DNA of 46,951 bases from Octopus sinensis (Eukaryota): the NCBI RefSeq assembly GCF_006345805.1, contig NW_021834668.1:1-46951 (forward strand), read 5' to 3'. The first letter of the stretch is position 1. Each line of letters begins with the position of its first letter. Below are positions 20,190 through 31,100 of the stretch, piece by piece. Under the pieces are notes generated by a model. The model saw only the letters and a program-made list of their open reading frames with translations, searched no databases and had not been told where the DNA came from. The position numbers were made by a program, and so were the translations under genes.

Positions 20190-22197
20190 AGAAGTTGACA
20201 GTCAGTGGTCTTAGACTCCGGGCACAATCTGTAGGGATAACCCCATCGTCTTACGATGATACGGAGCAAATAGAGGCGGGTGAGGAGTGGCAAGACCATC
20301 GCGTGGGCAAGGGGCGAAATTTTTTCCCACTAGAATTCCGGACACCAAAGTTGACAGTCATTGGTCTTAGTCTCCGGCACAATCTGTAGGGAAAACTCCA
20401 TCGTCTTACGATGATATGGAGCAAATAGAGGCTGGTGAGGAGTGGCAAGACCATCGCGTGGGCAAGGGGCGAAATTCTTTTCCCACTAGAGTTCCGGACC
20501 CCAAAGTTGACAGTCAGTGGTCTTAGTCTCCGGGCACAATCTGTCGGGATAACCCCATCGTCTAACGATGATATGGAGCAAATAGAGGCTGGTGAGGAGT
20601 GGCAAGACCATCGCGTGGTTAAGGGGCGAAATTTGTTTTCCACAAAAGTTCCGGACCCCAAAGTTGAGAGTCAGTGGTCTTAGTCTCCGGGCACAATCTG
20701 TAGGGATAACCCCATCGTCTTACGATGATATGGAGCAAATAGAAGATGGTGAGGAGTGGCAAGACCATCGCGTCGCCAAGGGGCAAAATTTTTTTCGCAC
20801 TAGAGTTCCAGACCCCAAAGTTGACAGTCAGTGGTCTTCGTCTCCGGGCACAATCTGTAGGGATAACCCCATCGTCTTACGATGATATGGAGAAAATAGA
20901 GGCTGGAGAGGAGTGGCAAGACCATCGCGTGGGCAAGGGGCGAAATTTTTTTCCCACTAGAGTGCCGGAGCCCAAAAATGACAGTCAGTGGTCTTAGTCT
21001 CCGGGCACAATCTGTAGGGCTAACCCCATCGTCTAACGAAGATATGGAGCAAATAGAGGCTGCTGAAGAGTGGCATGACCATCGCGTGGGCAAGGGGCGA
21101 AATTTTTTGCCCACTAGATTTCCGGACCCCAAAGTTGACAGTCAGTGATCTTAATCTCCGGGCACAGTCTGTAGGGCTAACCCCATCGTCTTATGATGAT
21201 ATGGAGCAAATAGAGGCTGGTGAGGTGTGGCAAGACCATCGCGTGGGCAATGTCCAAAATTTTGTTCCCACTAGAGTTCCGGACCCCAAATTTGACAGTC
21301 AGTGGTCTTAGTCTCCGGACAAAATCTGTAGGGATAACCCCATCGTCTTACGATGATATGGAGCAAATAGAGGCTAGTGAGGAGTGGCAAGACCATCGCG
21401 TAGGCAAGGAACGAAATTTTTTCCCACTAGAGTTCCGGACCCCAAATTTGACAGTCAGTGGTCTTAGTCTCCGGGCACAATCTGTAGGGATAACCCCATC
21501 GTCTTACGATGATATGGAGCAAATAGAGGCTAGTGAGGAGTGGCAAGACCATCGCGTGGGCAAGGTGTGAAATTTTATCCCACGAGAGTTCCGGACCCCA
21601 AAATTTGACAGTCAGTGGTTTTAGTCTCCGGGCACAATCTGTAGGGATAACCCCATCGTCTTACGATGATATGGAGTAAATAGAGGCTGCTGAGGCGTGG
21701 CAAGACCATCGCGTGGGCAAGGGGCGAAATTTTTTCCCACTAGAGTTCCGGACCCCAAAGTTGACAGTCAGTGGTCTTATACTCCGGTTACAATCTGTAG
21801 GGATAACCCCATCGTCTTACGATGAAATGGAGCAAATAGAGGCTAGTGAGCAGTGGCAAGACCATCGCGTGGGAAAAGGGCGATATTTTTTCCCACTAGA
21901 GTTTCGGACCCCAAAGTTAACAGTCAGTGTTCTTAGTCTCCGGGCACAATCTGTAGGGCTAACCCCATCGATTTATGATGATATGGAGCAAATAGAGGCT
22001 GGTGAGGTGTGGCAAGACCATCGCGTGGGCAAGGGGCGAAACTTTTTTCCCACTATAGTTCCGGATCCCAAATTTGACAGTCAGTGGTCTTAAACTCCGG
22101 ACACAATATGTAGGGATAACCCCATCGTCTTACGATGATATGGAGCAAATAGACGCTAGTGAGGAGTGGCAAGACCATCGCGTGGGCAAGGGGCAAA
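20190..22197 (+). repeat. Satellite DNA, ~156-157 bp monomer, forward block 1 (~13 monomers)
   Basis: Consensus by eye: CCACTAGAGTTCCGGACCCCAAAGTTGACAGTCAGTGGTCTTAGTCTCCGGGCACAATCTGTAGGGATAACCCCATCGTCTTACGATGATATGGAGCAAATAGAGGCTGGTGAGGAGTGGCAAGACCATCGCGTGGGCAAGGGGCGAAATTTTTTTC. ORF starts recur every 157 bp (20435, 20592). Confidence 0.95.
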
Positions 22198-25167
22198 AAC
22201 ATTTCGTCCCTTGCCCACGCGATGATCTTCCCAATCCTCACTAGCCTCTATTTGCTCCATATCATGTAAAACGATGGGGTTATTCCTACAGATTGTAACC
22301 GGAGAATAAGACCACTGACTGTCAACTTTGGGGTCCGGAACTCTGGTGGGAAAAAAATTTCGGCCCTTGCCCACGCGATGGTCTTGCCACTCTTCACTAG
22401 CGTCTATTTGCTCCATATCATCGTAAGACGATGGGGTCATCCCTACATATTGTGTCCGGAGTCTAAGACCACTGACTGTCAACTTTGGGGTCCGAAACTC
22501 TAGTGGGAAAAAAATTTCGCCCCTTGCCCACGCGATGGTCATGCCATTCCTCACCAGCCTCTATTTGGTCCATATCTTCGTAAGACGATGGGGTTATCCC
22601 TATAGATTGTGTCCGGAGACTAAGACCACTGACTGTCAACTTTGGGGTCCAGAACTTTAGTGGGAAAAAAATTTCGCCCCTTGCGCAGTCGATGGTCTTG
22701 CCACTCCTCACTAGCCTCTATTTGCTCCATATCATCATAAGACGTTGGGGTTATTCATACAGATTGTGACCGGAGAATAAGACCACTGACTGTCAAATTT
22801 GGGGTCCGGAACTCCAGCGGGAAAAAAATTTTGCCCGTTGCCCACGCGATGGTCATGCCACTCCTTACCAGCCTCTATTTGCTCCATATCTTGGTCAAAC
22901 GATGGGGTTATCCCTACAGATTGTGTCCGGAGACAAAGAACACTGACTGTTAAATTTGGGGTCCGAAACCCTTGTGGGAAAAAATTTCGCCCTTTGCCCA
23001 CGCGATGGTCTTGCCACACCTCACCAGCCTCTATTTGCTCCATTTCATCGTAAGACGATGGGGTTATCCTTACAGATTGTAACCGGAGAATAAGACAACT
23101 GACTGTCAACTTTGGGGTCCGGAACTCTAGTGTGAAAAAATTTCGCCCCTTGCCCACGCGATGGTCTTGCCAATCCTCACTAGCCTCTATCTGCTCCATA
23201 TCATCGTAAGACGATGGGGTTATCCCTACAGATTTTGCCCGGAGACTAAAACCACTGACTGTCAAATTTTGGGGTCCGGGATTCTAGTGGGAAAAAAGTT
23301 TTGCCCCTTGCCCACGCGATGGTCTTGCCCCTCCTCACTAGCCTCTATTTGATCCATATCATCGTAAGACGATGGGGTTATCCCTACAGATTGTGCCCGG
23401 AGACTAAGATCACTGACTGTCAACTTCGGGGTCCGGAACTCTAGTGGGAAAAAATTTCGCCCCTTGCCCGCGCGATGGTCTTGCCACTGCTCACCAGCCT
23501 CTATTTGATCCATATCATCGTAAGGCGATGGGGTTATTCCTACAGATTGTGACAGGAGACTAAGACCACTGACTGTCATCTTTGGGGTCCGGAACTCTAG
23601 TGGGAAAAAATTTCGCCCCTTGCCCACGCGATGGTTTTTCCACTCCTCACTAGACTCTATTTGCTCCATATCATCGTAAGACGATGGGGTTATCCCTACA
23701 GATTGGGTCCGGAGACTAACACCACTGACTGTCAACTTTGGGGTCCGGAACTCTAGTGGGAAAAAATTTTCGCCCCTTGCCCAGTAGATGGTCATGCCAT
23801 TCCTCACCAGCCTCTATTTGCTCCATATTTTCGTAAGACGATTGGGTTATCCCTCTAGAAAGTGTCCGGAGACTAAGACCAATGACTGTCAATTTTGTGG
23901 TCCGGAACTCTAGTGGCAAAAAAATGTCGCCCCTTGCCCACGCGATGGTCTTGCCACTCACTCATCACCAGCCTCCATTTGCTCCATATCATCGTAAGAC
24001 GATGGGGTTATCCCTACAGATTGTGCCCGGAGACTAAATCCACTGACTGTCAAATTTCGGGGATGGGAACTCTAGTGGGAAAAAAATTTCGGCCCTTGCC
24101 CACGCGATGGTCTTGCCACTCCTAACTAGCGTCTATTTACTCCATATCATCGTAAGACGATGGGGTCATCCCTACATATTGTGTCCAGAGTCTAAGACCA
24201 CTGACTGTCAACTTTGGGGTCCGGAACTCTAGTGGGAAAAAAGTTTCGCATCTTGCCCACGCGATGGTCTTGGCACACCTCACCAGCCTCTATTTGCTCC
24301 ATATTATCATAAGATGATGGGGTTAGCCCTACAGATTGTGCCCGGAGACTAAGAACACTGACTGTTCATTTGGGGTCCGAAACTCTAGTGGGAAAAAATT
24401 TTCGCCCTTTGCCCACGCGATGGTCTTGACACACCTCAAAAGCCTCTATTTGCTCCATTTCATCGTAAGACGATGGGGTTATCCCTACAGATTGTTCCCG
24501 GAGACTAAGACCACTGACTGTCAACTTTGGGGTCCGGAACTCTAGTGCGAAAAAAATTTCGCCCGTTGCCCACGCGATGGTCATGCCACTCCTCACCAGC
24601 CTCTATTTGCTCCATATCTTTGTAAGACGATGGGGTTATGCCTACAGATTGTGTCCGGAGACTAAGCCCACTGACTGTCAACTTTGGGGTCCGGAACTCT
24701 AGTGGGAAAAAATTTCACCCCTTGTCCACGCGATGGTCTTGCCACTCCTCACCAGCCTCTATTTGCTCCATATCATCGTAAGACGATGGGGTTATCCCTA
24801 CAGATTGTGCCCGGAGACTAAAACCACTGACTGTCAAATTTTGGGGTCCGCAACTCTAGTGGGAAAAAAGTTTCGCCCCTTGCCCACGCGATGGTCTTGC
24901 CACTCCTCACTAGCTTCTATTTGCTCCATATCATCGTAAGACGATTGGGTTATCCCGACAGATTGTGCCCGGAGACTAAGACCACTGACTGTCAACTTTG
25001 GGGTCCGGAACTCTAGTGGGAAAAAAATCTCGCCCGTTGCCCAAGCGATGGTCATGCAACATCTCACCAGCCTCTATTTGCTCCATATCATCATAAGACG
25101 ATGGGGTTAGCCCTACAGATTGTGCCCGGAGACTAAGACCACTGTCAGCTTTGGGGTCCGGAACTCT
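22198..25167 (-). repeat. Same satellite, inverted block (~2.97 kb, ~19 monomers)
   Basis: Monomers read as reverse complement between the junctions at about 22,198-22,201 and 25,167/25,168. Confidence 0.95.
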
Positions 25168-28100
25168 AGAGTTCCGGTCCCCGAAATTTGACAGTCAGTG
25201 ACTTTAGTCTCCGGGCACAATCTGTAGGGATAACCACTTCGTCTTACGATGATATGGAGGCTGGTGATGAGTGAGTGGCAAGACCATCGCGTGGGCAAAT
25301 GGCGAAATTTTTTTCCCACTAGATTTCCGGACCCCAAAGTTGACAGTCAGTGGTCTTAGTCTCCAGACCCAATCTGTAGGGATAACGCCATCTCTTACGA
25401 TAATATGGAGCAAATAGAGGCTAGTGAGGAGTGGCAAGACCATCGCGTGGGCAAGGGGCGAAATTTTTTTCCCACTAGAGTTCGGACATCAAAGTTGACA
25501 GTCAGTGGTCTTAGACTCCTGACACAATCTGTAGGAATAACCCCATCGTCTTACGATTATATGGAGCAAATAGAGGCTGGTGAGGAGTGGCAAGGGGCGA
25601 AATTTTTTCCCACTAGAGTTCCGGACCCCAAAGTTGACAGTCAGTGATCTTAGTCTCCGGGCACAATCTGTAGGGATAACCCCATCGTCTTACGATGAAA
25701 TGGAGCAAATAGAGGCTAGTGAGGAGGGGCAAGACCATCGCGTGGGCAAGGGACTAAATTTTTTTCCCACTAGAGTTCCGGAGCCCAAAATTTGACAGTC
25801 AGTGGTTTTCGTCTCCGGGCACAATCTGTAGGGATAACCCCATCGTCTTACGATGATATGGAGCAAATAGAGGCTAGTGAGGAGTGGCAAGACCATCGCG
25901 TGGGCAAGGGGCGAAATTTTTTCCCACTAGAGTTCCGGACCCCAAAGTTGACAGTCAGTGGTCTTATTCTCCGGTTACAATCTGAAGGGATAACCCCATC
26001 GTCTTACGATGAAATGGAGCAACTAGAGGCTTGTGAGGTGTGGCAAGACCATCGCGTGGGCAAAGGGCGAAATTTTTTCCCACTACAGTTTCGGACCCCA
26101 AAGTTAACAGTCAGTGTTCTTAGTCTCCGGACACAATCTGTAGGGATAACCCCATCGTCTTACCAAGATATGGAGCAAATAGAGGCTGGTAAGGAGTGGC
26201 ATGACCATCGCGTGGGCAACGGGCAAAATTTTTTTCCCACTAGAGTTCCGGACCCCAAAGTTGACAGTCAGTGGTCCTATTCTCCGGTCACAATCTGTAT
26301 GAATAACACCATCGTCTTCCGATGTTATGGAGCAAATAGAGGCTGGTGAGGAGTGGCAAGACCATCGCGAGGGCAAGGGGCGAAATTGTTTTCCCACTAG
26401 AGTTCCGGACCCCAAAGTTGACAGTCATTGGTCTTAGTCTCCGGGCACAATCTGTAGGGCTAACCCCATCGTCTTATGATGATATAGAGCAAATAGAGGC
26501 TGGTGAGGTGTGGCATGACCATCGAGGGGGCAACGGGCGAAATGTTTTACCACTAGAGTTCCGGACCCCAAAGCTGACAGTCAGTGGTCTTAGTCTCCGG
26601 GCACAATCTGTAGGGATAACCCCATCGTCTTACGATGATAAGGAGCAAATAGAGGCTGGTGAAGAGTGGCAAGACCATCGCGTGGGCAAGGGGCGAAATT
26701 TTTTTCCCACTTGAGTTCCGGACCCCAAATTTGACAGTCAGTGGTCTTCGTCTCCGGGAAGAATCTGTAGGGCTAACCTCATCGTCTTATGATGATAAGG
26801 AGCAAATAGGGGCTAGTGTGGAGTGGCAAAACCACCGCGTGGGCAAGGGGCCAAATTTTTTTCCCACTAGAGTTCCGGACCCCAAAATTTGAGAGTCAGT
26901 GGTTTTAGTCTCCGGGCACATTCTGTAGGGATAACCCCATCGTCTTACGATGTTATGGAGCAAATAGAGGATGGTGAGGAGTGGCAAGACCATCGCGTGG
27001 GCAAGTGGCGAAATTTTTTTTCCACTAGAGTTCCGGACCCCAAATTTGACAGTCAGTGGTCTTAGTCTCCGGACACAATCTATAGGGATAACCCCATCGT
27101 CTTACGAAGATATGGAGCAAATAGAGGCTGGTGAGGAATGGCATGACCATCGCGTGGGCAATGGGCGAAATTTTTTTCGCACTATGGTTCCGGACCGCAA
27201 TGTTGACAGTGAGTGGTCTTAGTCTCCGGACCCTATCTATAGGGATAACCCCATTGTCTTCCGATGATATGGAGCAAATAGAGGCTAGTGAGGAGTGGCA
27301 AGACCATCGCGTGGGCAAGGGGCGAAATTTTTTCCCACAAGAGATCCGGACCCCAATGTTGACAGTCAGTGATCTTAGTCTCCGGTCACAATCCGTAGGA
27401 ATAACCCCATCGTCTTCCGATGATATGGAGCAAATAGAGGCTGGTGAGGAGTGGCAAGACCATCGCGTGGGCAAGGGGTGAAATTTTTTTCCCACTAGAG
27501 TTCCGGACCCCAAATTTGACAGACAGTGGTTTAGTCTCCGGTCACACTCTGTAGGATTAACCCCATCGTCTTACGATGATATGGAGAAAATAGAGGCTTT
27601 GGAGGAGTGGCAAGACCATCGCGTGGGCAAGTGGCAAAATTATTTTTCCACTGGAGTTACGGACCCCAAAGTTGATATTCAGTGGTCTTAGTCTCCGGAC
27701 ACAATCTATAGGGATAACCCCATCGTCTTACGAAGATATGGAGCAAATAGAGGGTGGTGAGGAATGGCATGGCCATCGCGTGGCAAGGGGTGAAATTTTT
27801 TTCCCACTAAAGTTCCGGACCCCAAAGTTGACAGTCAGTGGTTTTAGTGTCCGGGCACAATCTGTAGGGATAACCACATCGTCTTACGATGATATGGAGC
27901 AAATAGAGGCTAGTGAGGAGTGGCAAGACTATCGCGTGGGCAAGGGGCGAAACTTTTTTCCCACTAGAGTTCCGGACCCCAAAGTTAACAGTCAGTGGTC
28001 TTACTCTCCGGACACAATCTGTAGGGATAACCCCCCATCGTCTTACCAACATATGGAGCAAATAGAGGCTGGTGAGGAGTGGCATGAACGTCGCGTGGGC

Positions 28101-31100
28101 AACGGGCGAAATTTTTTTCGCACTAGAGTTCCGGACCCCAAAGTTGACAGTCAGTTGTCTTAGTCTCCGGGCACAATCTGTAGGGATAACCCCATCGTCT
28201 TACAATGATATGGAGCAAATAGAGGCTAGTGAAAGTGGGAAGACCATCGCGTGGGCAAGGGGCAAAACTTTTTTCCCACTAGAGTTCCGGACCCCAAAGT
28301 TGACAGTCATTGGTCTTAGTCTCCGGGCACAATCTGTAGGGCTAATCCCATCGTCTTATGATGATATGGAGCAAATAGAGGCTGGTGAGGTGTGGCAAGA
28401 CCATCGCGTGGTTAAAGGGCGAAATTTTTTCCCACTAGAGTTCCGGACGCCAAAGTTGACAGTCAGTGGTCTTATTCTCCGGTCACAATCTGTAGGGATA
28501 ACCCCATCGTCTTACGATGATATGGAGCAAATAGAGGCTGGTGAGGAGTGGCATGAACATCGCGTGGGCAAGAAGCGAAATTTTTTTCCACAGGAGTGAT
28601 CCGGACCCCGAAGTTGACAGTCAGTGTTCTTAGTCTCCGGGCACAATCTGTAGGGCTAACCCCATCGTCTTATGATGATATGGAGCAAATAGAGGCTGGT
28701 GAGGAGTGGCAAGACCATCGCGTGGGCAAGGAGCGAAACTTTTTTCCCACTATAGTTCCGGACCCCAAATTTGACAGTCAGTGGTCTTAGACTCCGGACA
28801 CAATATGTAGGGTTAACCCCATCGTCTTACGATGATATGGAGCAAATAGACGCTAGTGAGGAGTGGCAAGACCATCGCGTGGGCAAGGGTCGAAAATTTT
28901 TTGCACTAGAGTTCCGGACCCAAAAGTTGACAGTCAGTGGTCTTATACTCCGGTTACAATCTGTAGGAATAACCCCATCGTTTTACGATGATATGGAGCA
29001 AATAGAGGCTAGTGAGGAGTGGGAAGACCATCGCGTGGGCAAGGGACGAAATTTTTTTCCGTCTAGAGTTCCCGACCCCGAAATTTGACAGTCAGTGGTT
29101 TTAGTCTCCGTGCACAATCTGTAGGAATAACCCCATCGTCTTACAATGATATGGAGCAAATGGAGGCTGGTGATGAGTGACTGGCAAGACCATCGCGTGG
29201 GCAAGGGGCAAAACTTTTTTCCCACTAGAGTTCCGGATCCCAAAGTTGACAGTCAGTGGTCTTATTCTCCGGTTACAATCTGTAGGAATAACCCCATCGT
29301 TTTACGATGATATGGAGCAAATTGAGGCTAGTGAGGAGTGGGAAGACCATCGCGTGGGCAAGGGACGAAATTTTTTTCCGTCTAGAGTTACCGACCCCGA
29401 AATTTGACAGTCAGTGGTTTTAGTCTCCGGGCACAATCTGTAGGGTTAACCCAATCGTCTTACGATGATATGGAGCAAATGGTGGCTGGTGATGAGTGAG
29501 TGGCAAGACCATCGCATGGGCAAGGTGCGAAATTTTTTTGCCACTAGAGTTCCGGACCCCAAAGTTGACAGTCAGTGGTCTTAGTCTCCGGACCCAATCT
29601 GTAGGGATAACCCCATCGTCTTTCGAAGATATGGATCAAAAAGAGGCTGGTGAGGAATGGCATGACAATCGCGTGGGCAAGGGGCGACATTTTTTTCCCA
29701 CTAGAGTTCCGGACCCCAAATTTGACAGTCAGTGATCTTAGTCTCCGGGCACAATCTGTAGGGATAACCCCATCGTCTTACGATGATATGGAGAAAATAG
29801 TGGCTAGTGAGGAGTGGCAAGACCATCGCGTGGGCAAGGAGCGAAATCTTTCTTCCCACTAGACTTCCGGACCCCAAAGTTGAGAGACAGTGGTCTCAGT
29901 CTCCGGGCACAATCTGTAGGGCTAACCCCATCGTCTTATGATGATATGGAGCAAATAGAGGCTGGTGAAGTGTGTCAAGATCATCGCGTGTTTAAGGGGC
30001 GAAATTTTTTTGTCACTAGAGTTCCGGACCACAAATTTGACAGTCAGTGATCTTAGTCTCCGGACACAATCTGAAGGGATAACCCCATCGTCTAACCAAG
30101 ATATGGAGCAAATAGAGGCTGGTGAGGAGTGGCATGACCATCACGTGGGCAATGGGCGAAATTTTTTTCCGACTAGAGTTTCGGACCCCAAAGTTGACAG
30201 TCAGTGGTCTTATTCTCCGGTCACAATCTGTATGAATACCCACATCGTCTTACGATGATATGGAGCAAATAGAGGCTGGTGAGGAGTGGCAAGACCATCG
30301 CGCGGGAATGGGGCGAAATTTTTTCGCACTAAAATTCCCGACCCCAAAGTTGACAGTCAGTGGTCTTAGTCTCCGGACACAATCTATAGGGATAACCCAT
30401 CGTCTTACGAAGATATGGGGCAAATAGAGGCTGGTGAGGAATGGCATGACCATCGCGTGGGCAAGGAGCGAAATTTTTTCGCACTAGAGTTCCGGACACC
30501 AAAGTTGACAGTCAGTGGTCTTAGACTCCGGACCCAATCTGTAGGGATAACCCCATCGTCTTACGATGATATGGAGCAAATACAGGCTAGTGAGGAGTGG
30601 CAAGACCATCGCGTGGGCAAGGGGCGAAATTTTTTTCCCACTAGAGTTCCGGACCCCAAAGTTGAGAGTCAGTGGTCTTAGTCTCCGGTCACAATCTGTA
30701 GGAATAACCCCATCGTCTTACGATGATATAGAGCAAATAGAGGCTGGTGAGGAGTGGCAAGACCATCGCGCGGGCAAGATGTGAAATTTTTTCCCACTAG
30801 AATTCCGGACCCCGAAGTTGACAGTCAGTGTTCTTAGTCTCCGGGCACGATCTGTAGGGCTAACCCCATCGTCTTATGATGATGTGTAGCAAATAGAGGC
30901 TGGTGAGGTGTGGCAAGACCATCGCGTGGGCAAGGGGCGAAACTTTTTTCCCACTATTGTTCCGGACCCCAAAGTTGACAGTCAGTGGTCTTAGTCTCCG
31001 GACACAATATGTAGGGATAACCCCATCGTCTTACGATGATATTGAGCAAATAGACGCTAGTGAGGAGTGGCAAGACCATCGCGTGGGCAAGGGGCGAAAT

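Noticed and set aside
20330-20400. Pol III A/B boxes or a ribozyme core in the monomer
   Set aside because: GTTCCGGAC has two mismatches to the B box and the order and spacing are wrong; there is no CUGANGA/GAAA pair.
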